The translations under genes were made by a program, and so were the position numbers. Shown piece after piece: positions 17,688 through 25,606 of a stretch of 27,161 nt of DNA; the first letter of the stretch is position 1; each line of letters opens with the position of its first letter. Where the stretch lies: IMG/VR virus record IMGVR_UViG_3300017730_000062, positions 1 to 27,161 of that record. The stretch is one strand, 5' to 3'. This DNA is from a virus. Lineage: Duplodnaviria; Caudoviricetes. The notes under the pieces were generated by a model. The model was not told the origin of the DNA. It searched no databases and saw nothing but the letters and a program-made list of their open reading frames with translations.

Positions 17688-18334
17688 TATATTACTCCTC
17701 TACTTTTTACACTATTATAAGCCACATCACAGTTAGCAGCTAAAGTTCGTCTAGTGTCTGGTCCAGTAAAAGGATAAACACAATGTCTCATATCATATGG
17801 AAAAATAAAAAAATCTCTTTCTCTAAGAACAGGTTCATAATCTATATGTGCAAACTGACCACTGGCTGATCCTAATATTTGTAGTTTACCATTTTGAGGA
17901 TTGTTAGGTGCTGATATTTCTTTACCAAAATCTTTAGGTAATTTTAAAATCATAACTGAAGATAAACCTGTTGCTATATCACCTGTGTGTATATGTACAG
18001 GATTGTATTCATGTTCTTTCATTTCATTAACCCAAATTGATCTTAGTTCTAAGTTAGCTTCTTTGATTGCACTAAGCTCTATGTATTTTTCCATAGCGGA
18101 TTTAAACCAAACTAATACATCTCTAGGTAAAAAGTTATGTCTTTTCATGTATGTTTCATTTCTACCAGAATAAAATAGACTATTTTCTTTTTCAATTTTG
18201 CCAACTAATTGTTCGCTAGCACTAGGTAATTGATTAAATTTTTGTTCATATATATGATTAATTACTTTAAATACATCTACAGGAACTTGTAGTTTTATTA
18301 CAATCTGTCCTAAATATATAAAATTATGTTTCAT
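17687..18334 (-). CDS. Putative 2OG-Fe(II) oxygenase, HxH type
   Basis: 'WVNEMKEHEYNPVHIH', 'LSSVMILKLP', 'FIFPYDMRHCVYPF', 'RRTLAAN'. Confidence 0.82.
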   Translation of the reverse strand: MKHNFIYLGQIVIKLQVPVDVFKVINHIYEQKFNQLPSASEQLVGKIEKENSLFYSGRNETYMKRHNFLPRDVLVWFKSAMEKYIELSAIKEANLELRSIWVNEMKEHEYNPVHIHTGDIATGLSSVMILKLPKDFGKEISAPNNPQNGKLQILGSASGQFAHIDYEPVLRERDFFIFPYDMRHCVYPFTGPDTRRTLAANCDVAYNSVKSRGVI

Positions 18335-18641
18335 CTATATTTATTTCTTTATAAGTTTTTGCTGCATCTACTATAGTTTTATTATCTTCATCTTTCAATA
18401 CTTGTATTGGTATCTCTTCAAGACCTAATTCTTCTGCAGCCAAATATCTATTGTTACCATATACAACTTTATATTTATCATTATCCTCTACTACTAACAA
18501 AGGGTTTATTATATAGCCTGTCTTTTCTATATGTTTCTTTATTTTTTTATAAAGATCAGACTTCCTTTGATGCTTTGGGTTGTGCTCCAAGCTTCGATTC
18601 CGAAGATATAGCTTCTCTCTTTTGACTTTCAAGTTGTGCAT
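18324..18641 (-). CDS. Stand-alone ParB/Srx-like domain protein
   Basis: 'GYIINPLLV...YKVVYGNNRYLAAEELGLEEIP' matches the ParBc pattern (G-x-x-x-P-hh ... G-x-x-R-x-x-A). Start is uncertain (ATG 18641 or TTG 18632). Confidence 0.78.
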   Translation of the reverse strand: MHNLKVKREKLYLRNRSLEHNPKHQRKSDLYKKIKKHIEKTGYIINPLLVVEDNDKYKVVYGNNRYLAAEELGLEEIPIQVLKDEDNKTIVDAAKTYKEINIDET

Positions 18642-19323
18642 TTTCTTTTTTAATACGTTCAATTGTTTTAAGTTGACCTATTACATTAAATACTTCAGGC
18701 TGACTTGATTGTGGACTTAGAGTATCTTTTCTATTTTCCATAACTTTGTGATAAGCATCTAATTGATGTGTATTAACATTTTTTTTGTCAAAACTACCAT
18801 CATCATTTTCTACTTTTAATTTAGACCAAAGTTTAATTTCTCTCATTCTATCTCTAGCTACAAGTTCCATGTTAGCTCTAGAAAAATTTAATTCATCTAA
18901 ATCAATTTTATATTTTTCTAAAGAATATTGTTTTTTAGAAAACCATTCATCAGTTGATGAATCAATACCACCTAGTTCAGCATCTTCTAATTCTTTTGAC
19001 AAAAATTTAATTTTATCTTTTGTAAAACTAATTTTTGATTCGTTTCTTCTGTACTCAAAAGATAGTCTCATTATTTGTTCTAAATAAACATTTTGTTCTC
19101 TTACACATTGCCAATATTTAGAAGCTTTTGTTGGGTATCTTAAATCATTTAAAACAGAAAATCTCATTTCAGTTTCTGTTCTAAAAATTTGTTTTTTATT
19201 CCAAGTGTCTTTTAACTCAACTGTTAATTCTTTAAAGTCTTTAACGTCTTGGGGATCTAACATGTTGTGAAGATTGTTAGATTCGTTGTCTACTGCTTTT
19301 TGTATATCTCTTTTTACTGTCAT
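18556..19323 (-). CDS. Conserved phage coiled-coil protein, unknown function
   Basis: 255 aa, charged and helical, with 'FRTETEMRFSVLND...PTKASKYWQCVREQ'; has its own promoter and a GAAAGG RBS. Confidence 0.75.
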   Translation of the reverse strand: MTVKRDIQKAVDNESNNLHNMLDPQDVKDFKELTVELKDTWNKKQIFRTETEMRFSVLNDLRYPTKASKYWQCVREQNVYLEQIMRLSFEYRRNESKISFTKDKIKFLSKELEDAELGGIDSSTDEWFSKKQYSLEKYKIDLDELNFSRANMELVARDRMREIKLWSKLKVENDDGSFDKKNVNTHQLDAYHKVMENRKDTLSPQSSQPEVFNVIGQLKTIERIKKENAQLESQKREAISSESKLGAQPKASKEV

Positions 19324-19324
19324 A

Positions 19325-19352
19325 ATATATTACCTTTCAAATAGTAATATAT
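19325..19352. repeat. Perfect 9-bp inverted repeat overlapping the -10 element and RBS
   Basis: ATATATTAC (19325-19333), 10-nt loop, GTAATATAT (19344-19352). Confidence 0.75.
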
Positions 19353-19373
19353 ACACTCTTATAATAAAGTCAA
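19346..19373 (-). promoter_or_regulatory. sigma70-type promoter for the coiled-coil/ParB/oxygenase operon
   Basis: Minus strand: TTGACT (19373-19368), 16-nt spacer, TATATT (19351-19346) in a 53-nt intergenic gap. Confidence 0.6.
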
Positions 19374-19376
19374 TGA

Positions 19377-20402
19377 TTAAGCTGGAGCAAGAGTAACTGT
19401 GTCAGCTCCAAAATTGTATATTTGTGTTCCAGTCCAACCTTCGTCACCCGGTGAAGTAAATGCGGGCGCTGTTCCACCTGCATACCATGCAGCAGTATTT
19501 GATGGTCCACTTCCATTTGACCCACCTTGAGTTTGAGCTGTGTTTAAAGGATTACCTGCAGTCCATGATGTACCATCCCATATTTCAGTAGTTGTATCTG
19601 GAGATCCACCATAGTTTAATATTGCAGATGTGCTTGTACAAGCAATTCCTGAATTTTGTCTAGAAGCTACAGTTGTTGGATTTTTTGCAGTCCAAGAGCT
19701 ACCATCCCATAAAGAACAAGTAGTGTAAGAAGTGTATCCACCACTGTATGACATACCACCCCAAGCTAAAACATCACTATTACTTTTTCCAGCAGCTGAA
19801 ATCCATAAACGTTCAACATTAGGGTTTGAAGTTCCTGTAGTCCAAGAGCTACCATTCCAAGATTCTACTTCTGTTGTAATATTAATACTTTGTTGTCCAG
19901 CTATTGCTAAAGCTGATGTAGAGGTTCCACCTCCACCAATATTGTCTCTACTACTATTTAAACTAGGGGTTGATGTCCAGTTAGTACCATCCCATTTTTC
20001 AGAAGCACCAGTGTAGGGATCTAAGTAACCACCAAATATTAATGCAGCTGTACCAGAAATTCCTGCGCTTCCTAAACCTCTTCTTGTAGTATTAACATTA
20101 TTTGCAGTACTCCAAGCTGAACCATTAAAAGTTTCTGTAGCATTTTGATTAGCTTGACCTCCTGGAGTTAAAGTTATACCTGCAGCTACTACTCCATCAT
20201 TAGAGCTTGACCCTGCTGAACCAACAGATTTTCTTCCGTTGTTCATAGTAGCGCTTGATGTTGTCCAAACACCATTGTAATAAACATTTCCTTTAAATTG
20301 AGCAGTAGTTGAGTTGTACCACAACTGACCTGCAACACTTACAGATGGATTACCTGCAATTGTTTGAATTTTTATTCCTCCAATTTCTTTATAATCTGCC
20401 AT
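19377..20402 (-). CDS. Kelch-like beta-propeller virion protein (paralog 3; candidate receptor-binding)
   Basis: About six ~47-aa repeats with GG...E-x-W-[DN]-G-x-x-W-T; N-terminal 'GQLWYN'. Confidence 0.8.
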   Translation of the reverse strand: MADYKEIGGIKIQTIAGNPSVSVAGQLWYNSTTAQFKGNVYYNGVWTTSSATMNNGRKSVGSAGSSSNDGVVAAGITLTPGGQANQNATETFNGSAWSTANNVNTTRRGLGSAGISGTAALIFGGYLDPYTGASEKWDGTNWTSTPSLNSSRDNIGGGGTSTSALAIAGQQSINITTEVESWNGSSWTTGTSNPNVERLWISAAGKSNSDVLAWGGMSYSGGYTSYTTCSLWDGSSWTAKNPTTVASRQNSGIACTSTSAILNYGGSPDTTTEIWDGTSWTAGNPLNTAQTQGGSNGSGPSNTAAWYAGGTAPAFTSPGDEGWTGTQIYNFGADTVTLAPA

Positions 20403-20403
20403 A

Positions 20404-21432
20404 TTATGTTGTTCCTAACGTTACTGTTGATGGACCAAAATTATATATTTGTGTTCCAGTCCAACCTTCGTCTCCTGGTGAAGTAAATGCAGGAGCTGTT
20501 CCACCAGCATACCATGCTCCAGTTGTAGAAGGTCCACTTCCATTTGAACCACCTTGAGTTTGATTTGTATTTAATGCATTTCCAGCTGTCCATGAAGTAC
20601 CATCCCATATTTCAGTAGCTGTGTCTGGTGATCCTCCATAAGATATTCCTGAACTTGTACTGTCACAAGAATTTCCTGAATTTGCTCTTCCAGGGTTTAC
20701 TGTAGGATTTTTTGTAGTCCAAGAACTACCATCCCATAAATAACATGTTGTATAATAAGTATATCCTCCACTGTATATTGCACCACCAAACGCTAAAGCG
20801 TCTGTGTTACTTTTTCCAAAAGCATTAACCCATAATTTCTCTACTCCAGGAGTAGAAGTTCCTGTAGTCCAAGAACTACCATTCCAAGATTCTACTTCAG
20901 ATGTAATGGCAATACCTTGTTGACCAGCTATTGCTAAAGCTGATGTTGAAGATCCAGTACCACCACCAGGAATGTTTCTAGAACTATTTAAACCTGGTGT
21001 TGCTGTCCAGTTCGTACCATCCCACTTTTCTGAGTTTGATGTATAAGGATCTAAATAACCTCCGAATATTAATGCCGCTGTTCCAGAGACTCCAGCACTA
21101 CCCATTGATCGTCTAGTTGAGTTAATATTGTTTGCTGTAGTCCAAGCAGAACCATTAAAAGTTTCTGTTGAGTTTTGATTAGATTGACCTCCTGGAGTTA
21201 AAGTTATACCTCCGGCTATTTGTCCATCATTAGTTGATGATCCTGATGAACCAGCATTTTTTCTACCATTGTTCATCGTTGCGCTTGATGTTGACCAAAC
21301 GCCATTGTAATAAAGTTCTCCCTTCGCTACTTTTGAGACAGAATTATACCACAACTGACCCGTTTGTTTATTTGACGGATCTGCTCCAAGGTAATTAACT
21401 TTTCCTCCGTATATATCTCTATATGTTGCCAC
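20404..21432 (-). CDS. Kelch-like beta-propeller virion protein (paralog 2)
   Basis: GTG start with GGAG RBS; same repeat structure; closely similar to 19377..20402 after residue ~40. Confidence 0.8.
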   Translation of the reverse strand: MATYRDIYGGKVNYLGADPSNKQTGQLWYNSVSKVAKGELYYNGVWSTSSATMNNGRKNAGSSGSSTNDGQIAGGITLTPGGQSNQNSTETFNGSAWTTANNINSTRRSMGSAGVSGTAALIFGGYLDPYTSNSEKWDGTNWTATPGLNSSRNIPGGGTGSSTSALAIAGQQGIAITSEVESWNGSSWTTGTSTPGVEKLWVNAFGKSNTDALAFGGAIYSGGYTYYTTCYLWDGSSWTTKNPTVNPGRANSGNSCDSTSSGISYGGSPDTATEIWDGTSWTAGNALNTNQTQGGSNGSGPSTTGAWYAGGTAPAFTSPGDEGWTGTQIYNFGPSTVTLGTT

Positions 21433-21438
21433 TTATTT

Positions 21439-21753
21439 TTACTCCTCCAATGTTATAGCAGCTGGTCGTTCTCTATACAAGTCAGACGTTTCATCTTTTC
21501 TAGGGTCATCGTCTGGTATAGCATCCCATTCAGCTTGTGCATCGGCTACGTGCGCATCCACAAGAGCTTGGGCTTCAGCTAAAGTTTTTCTAACTCCAGC
21601 TACTCCAGCAATCCATCTATTAGCTCTTTGTGAGTTTGCATTTACTCTCCACAATCCAGCTGGAAAAGATAAAAGGTCAAGATGTGCCGAATCTTCATTC
21701 GTTATAAAACCCTTTCCCCAGTTAGTTGCGACGCAGTATTGATAATTTGCCAT
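21439..21753 (-). CDS. 104-aa hypothetical protein embedded in the propeller cassette
   Basis: Strong AGGAGG RBS; Trp-rich N-half and acidic helical C-half ('AQALVDAHVADAQAEWD'). Confidence 0.75.
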   Translation of the reverse strand: MANYQYCVATNWGKGFITNEDSAHLDLLSFPAGLWRVNANSQRANRWIAGVAGVRKTLAEAQALVDAHVADAQAEWDAIPDDDPRKDETSDLYRERPAAITLEE

Positions 21754-21766
21754 AGTTTGCTCCTCC

Positions 21767-22774
21767 TTAAGTCGTTGATAAAGTTTTTGTTTCTACTCCG
21801 TAAAGAAATTCTTCCGTAGCATCTGATTCATTACCAGGTAATGGTGTACTACCATATCCACCAAATGCAAGTGCGGCAGCTTGTGTTCCAGCTCCACCTA
21901 AAGCTTTTCTTGCTGTAGACATGTTAGTACTATTTGACCATGATGTACCATCATAAAGTTCTGTTTCATTTCCTAAACCAGGAATGCTAGGTCCACCAGC
22001 AAAAGCAACTGAAGCTGATTGTGTAGCATTTGTACCACTACCTATTTGATCTCTAGCTGTGTTTAAAGAATTAGAAGCTGTCCAAGATGTACCATCATAT
22101 TCTTCAGTCACACCTGTAATAGATGGATTTTGTCCACCAAAATTTAAAGCAGCATTTAGTAGTCCTGATCCACCAGCAGTTTGTGTAGCAGCAGATAAAT
22201 TTCCACCTGATGTCCAAGCAGAACCATTGTATTCAAGAGTTTCTTGAAGATTAGATCCATCATTACCACCAACACTTAATCCAGCAGTTTGTATTCCCAT
22301 ACCAGTTGTCATAGCTTTTCTTGCTGAAGGTAATGTTGCTGGAACTGTAGTCCAACTTGATCCATCGTAATGTTGTGTAGTATTATAAAGAGGAGGTGGT
22401 CCAGCAGAGTTTCCTCCACCAAAACAAACCGCAGCAGTTTCTATTCCAAGAACTCCAGGATTTTCAACAACTGCAGCTACGTTTCCTCCTGATGTCCAAG
22501 ATGTACCATCGTATTCAAAAGTTGTGTTTGTAGAATAAGGAGGTCCTGAAGGTGTATTACCACCAACAGTTATTGCTGCCGTTTGCAATCCGCATCCTTT
22601 ATTTGCTTTTCTTGCTGATGGCATTGTTCCACCAGTTGACCATGTACCAGAATTAAATGCTTGTATTTTAAAAGCAGCAATAGAATTATCATACCAAATT
22701 TGACCTTCGATAGTTCCTGTGCTTGATGATTGGCCTTTAACAGCCGCTCCGTAAATTCCTCTATATTCAGACAT
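21767..22774 (-). CDS. Kelch-like beta-propeller virion protein (paralog 1)
   Basis: Repeats of 'G-x-Q-T-A-A-h-x-F-G-G...T-x-E-Y-D-G-T-S-W-T'; N-terminal 'GQIWYD'; TAATG-coupled to the fibre gene. Confidence 0.8.
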   Translation of the reverse strand: MSEYRGIYGAAVKGQSSSTGTIEGQIWYDNSIAAFKIQAFNSGTWSTGGTMPSARKANKGCGLQTAAITVGGNTPSGPPYSTNTTFEYDGTSWTSGGNVAAVVENPGVLGIETAAVCFGGGNSAGPPPLYNTTQHYDGSSWTTVPATLPSARKAMTTGMGIQTAGLSVGGNDGSNLQETLEYNGSAWTSGGNLSAATQTAGGSGLLNAALNFGGQNPSITGVTEEYDGTSWTASNSLNTARDQIGSGTNATQSASVAFAGGPSIPGLGNETELYDGTSWSNSTNMSTARKALGGAGTQAAALAFGGYGSTPLPGNESDATEEFLYGVETKTLSTT

Positions 22775-23820
22775 TAGTTAGTCTGCAACAACCATCCTTG
22801 AGTAGCATCTACATAGACCAGTGTGTTCGCCGCTCTTTCTGTAGACACAGTCAAATCTGCTGTTGCCCCCTGTATTTTATGGCCATTTCTTGCAATGGTT
22901 AGATTATTAGTATCGAACGTGCCAGCATAGTCAACAAATGAAATGAAGTCACCAATTGAAGCTGATCCTGGAAGTGTTAAAGTAATTGCATTTGATGTAG
23001 TGTTAAGAAAATAACCTTCTCCTGCAGTTGCTGCTTTACTAGCTGATGTAACAACAGCTTGCCAGTCAGCACCTCCTGAAATAGTTGAAAAAGATAAATT
23101 ACCAGAACCGTCAGTAATTAATGCTTGATCCGCATCTCCGTCATTTGTTGGTAATGTTAAAGTTACGTTTGAAGCTACAGTTGTTGGTGCTTGTAAAGCT
23201 ACGTATTGTCCACCAGCTGCATCTTGTAATCTTAAATCTCCTTGAGCAGCGATAGATAAATTACTACCATCCCAAGTTAAGTTAGCAGAACCACCAAAGG
23301 CTCCTGAATTATTGAATTGAACTTGTGTGTTTGATCCACCTGGAGATGTTGCTGCACCAAAACCAACATCATAAACTCCTGTGTTAGTTGTTACACCATC
23401 AAAATAAACTAGTTTCCAACCTTTATCGTCAGTAGCCCAAGTAACTGTTGCACCTGAACCTGAAGCTGCTTTTAGTTGTACTGTATAAGCACCTGATGTG
23501 CTGTTTTTTATTAAATAAAAATTTTCTGTAAGAACTGGAAAAGTTACAACTTTGTTACCAGTAATTGCCTCAGGAGATTCTGCACCAAAAATAATAACTC
23601 TAGTTGCAACTGTAGCACCTGTAGAACCATCTGCTTTAGCTAAAGTTGTAGTACTTGCTCCTGAACCACTTGGTGAGCCAGAATTTAAAGTTTGTACTTT
23701 ATACCCACCAGATACTTGTTCAAATATTTGTAAATTTGTATTTGTTTTTGTTCCCCATGTACCAGCGTTTTCACCGGTTACCATTAACTCTACGCCGAGA
23801 GGTGTGTAAGTTGAAGTCAT
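22774..23820 (-). CDS. Tail fibre/appendage protein
   Basis: N-terminal 'GENAGTWGTKTNTNL' anchor; fibre motifs 'PGGSNTQVQFNNSGAFGG' and 'TLTLPTNDGDADQALITDGSGNLSF'; C-terminal 'TSNAITLTLP...GDFISFVDYAGTFDTNNLTI...LVYVDATQGW' resembling T4 gp9/gp10-type beta domains (recalled). Confidence 0.8.
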   Translation of the reverse strand: MTSTYTPLGVELMVTGENAGTWGTKTNTNLQIFEQVSGGYKVQTLNSGSPSGSGASTTTLAKADGSTGATVATRVIIFGAESPEAITGNKVVTFPVLTENFYLIKNSTSGAYTVQLKAASGSGATVTWATDDKGWKLVYFDGVTTNTGVYDVGFGAATSPGGSNTQVQFNNSGAFGGSANLTWDGSNLSIAAQGDLRLQDAAGGQYVALQAPTTVASNVTLTLPTNDGDADQALITDGSGNLSFSTISGGADWQAVVTSASKAATAGEGYFLNTTSNAITLTLPGSASIGDFISFVDYAGTFDTNNLTIARNGHKIQGATADLTVSTERAANTLVYVDATQGWLLQTN

Positions 23821-23845
23821 TGTTTAATTCTCCTAATTGTTGTTA

Positions 23846-23874
23846 TTTATACTTGTTATATAGTTTTAAGTCAA
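23846..23874 (-). promoter_or_regulatory. sigma70-type promoter upstream of the fibre/propeller cassette
   Basis: Minus strand: TTGACT (23874-23869), 17-nt spacer, TATAAA (23851-23846), then AGGAG RBS before ATG 23820. Confidence 0.7.
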
Positions 23875-23880
23875 ACATAA

Positions 23881-25080
23881 TTATACCGGATTTATTTTAG
23901 TATATCCTGTGCTAGTTTTAGGCACTATTCTTGCGTATGTGCCTGGGAATGAAATTCCTGCAGTACCTAAAGTAACTGTAGCAGATAAGCCAAGACCCAC
24001 TAAAGATGCGTTTGTTTGTTGTACTGTTGTTACGGTTCCTAAAGCTGAAGTTAATGATTGACCTGAAAGAGTAGCTACTGTTACTGGTAAAGCTTCTACA
24101 GTTCCTAAACTTGCAGTTAAGCCTGTTGGAGTAGGTAAAATATGTACTGGATCAGAGGTAATAGCAACAGTTCCTAAATTAGCTGAAAGTGAGAATCCAG
24201 TTAAACCTACTGCATCCTGTGTTATTGCTGTTCCTAATGTTGATGTCAAAGAGAATGCTGACAATCCTACAGAATGATCTCCTGGAACTAATAAACCTTC
24301 GGTAGATATTAAACCTAAACCTGTTAAAGTAATTGTAGCATCAGTAGAAACATCTGCAAAAGAATTTACAGTTGATGTTAAAGAGAATCCTGATAAGCCA
24401 ACAACATCTTCAGCTACAACAGTTCCAAGAGAACTAGTAAGTGAAAATCCAGTTAAACTAAATTGAGCTGCTTCTACAGAACCCCAACCATTTTGACCCC
24501 AATTTAATGTACCCCAACCTGGTTTTACTGCAGGAGTTAAACTTCCAACAGAAGCTGTTAAAGTTGGTAATGCTGTTAAAGCTAATTTAGTTTCTGCACC
24601 ACCCCAACCTTCAAATCCCCAAGTATCTGCACCCCAACCTGTTTCATTAAATGCAGAAGGAGTTCCTAAAGTTGTTGTTGCTGATTGACCTGTAAGAGTA
24701 ATTACTACATCATCTTGACTGCCCCAAGTATTGTGGCCATAATTTAACATACCCCAAGTATCTGAATCTACAGTATTTGCTTGACCACCCATTCCTGAGT
24801 GAAGTGCACAATAATAATAAAGTTGTGGTGCACTGTCTGCTACAACTATTGTAGTTTGAGTTGAACTATTGTGAGTTACGCCAGTAGTATATTCAGTTCC
24901 TCCGCTATGTGTACCATCTGAAGTAGTTGAAAATTTAAAAGGGTGAGCTGAAGGATAATTAAATACGTAAGTATAACCTTCTGCAAGATTTACAGTGTCT
25001 TGTAAAACACCATCTATATAATATTTATTACCAGAGCCAGGGTTGGCTACCGTTACTGTAAATGTTCGGATTGCCGACAT
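23881..25080 (-). CDS. Virion structural/fibre-like protein with an N-terminal cupredoxin-like motif, WG triplets and ~20-aa repeats
   Basis: 'HPFKFS...LYYYCALHSGMGG'; three blocks of [WY]G-x3 triplets; about ten 'LTGFSLTSSLGTV'-like repeats. Confidence 0.75.
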   Translation of the reverse strand: MSAIRTFTVTVANPGSGNKYYIDGVLQDTVNLAEGYTYVFNYPSAHPFKFSTTSDGTHSGGTEYTTGVTHNSSTQTTIVVADSAPQLYYYCALHSGMGGQANTVDSDTWGMLNYGHNTWGSQDDVVITLTGQSATTTLGTPSAFNETGWGADTWGFEGWGGAETKLALTALPTLTASVGSLTPAVKPGWGTLNWGQNGWGSVEAAQFSLTGFSLTSSLGTVVAEDVVGLSGFSLTSTVNSFADVSTDATITLTGLGLISTEGLLVPGDHSVGLSAFSLTSTLGTAITQDAVGLTGFSLSANLGTVAITSDPVHILPTPTGLTASLGTVEALPVTVATLSGQSLTSALGTVTTVQQTNASLVGLGLSATVTLGTAGISFPGTYARIVPKTSTGYTKINPV

Positions 25081-25093
25081 AAGGACTTACTCC

Positions 25094-25591
25094 CTATGCT
25101 ATCTGAATGATTGCGTTGCCTGCTGTTTGAGCTGGAAATTGTATAGTAAAAGTTCCACTTGTTACAGTTTTGTTTGAACCAAAGTTAATAGCACATACTG
25201 CTCTGTTAGCAGTAAAACCTGTAATCGAAGTTGAGTTATATATTAAACATCCTCTTGCTGTAAAAGAAGCTGATGATCCCCAACTTGTGTCATTAAATTT
25301 TACACATGCTGTATCTCCAGATAAAACTGGATCAGCACTGGCTACTAAAGTATTTCCACCTGTAGAATATCCAGTTGAAGTTGAACTAACTTCATAAGTG
25401 CTAGTTGGATTTGCTGTACCATCTGCTGGTGCAGTGTAAGCTGTAGTTGATTTACTTAATGTTGCTGCATCTGTGTATAAAGATATTTTAAAAGTATTAC
25501 CTGTTGGAGCTCCACTTGAGTCGTTAAAGTTATGTCCGCCTTGTAATATCTCTGTTTTAAAGCTGTTACATATTGCCGATGTTATTGCCAT
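25094..25591 (-). CDS. Putative virion structural (tail) protein
   Basis: 165 aa, S/T-rich beta pattern with 'FKISLYT...ARGCLIYN...NFGSNKTVTSGTFTIQFP'; AGGAG RBS. Confidence 0.7.
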   Translation of the reverse strand: MAITSAICNSFKTEILQGGHNFNDSSGAPTGNTFKISLYTDAATLSKSTTAYTAPADGTANPTSTYEVSSTSTGYSTGGNTLVASADPVLSGDTACVKFNDTSWGSSASFTARGCLIYNSTSITGFTANRAVCAINFGSNKTVTSGTFTIQFPAQTAGNAIIQIA

Positions 25592-25606
25592 AATTTTTTT
25601 CTCCTA

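Noticed and set aside
15882-18334. TET/JBP-type DNA hypermodification locus
   Set aside because: No oxygenase is recognisably TET/JBP and no partner methyltransferase or glycosyltransferase is in the window; kept only as an alternative hypothesis.
18324-18662. ParABS plasmid-prophage partition system
   Set aside because: No ParA ATPase, no HTH or dimerisation domain, and no parS-like repeats were found.
19377-21432. Diversity-generating retroelement (TR/VR pair) explanation for the duplicated propeller genes
   Set aside because: No reverse transcriptase in the window; both copies are intact full-length genes and the differences are not adenine-specific.
2123-25397. Short antisense or alternate-frame ORFs in the track (e.g. 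2123..2311, 2545..2727, 3866..4054, 4271..4471, 7138..7467, 7876..8202, 10332..10634, 12228..12443, 12545..12778, 19732..20016, 23552..23809, 25170..25397)
   Set aside because: They lie opposite well-supported genes, have no recognisable motifs and show the composition expected of antisense shadows.
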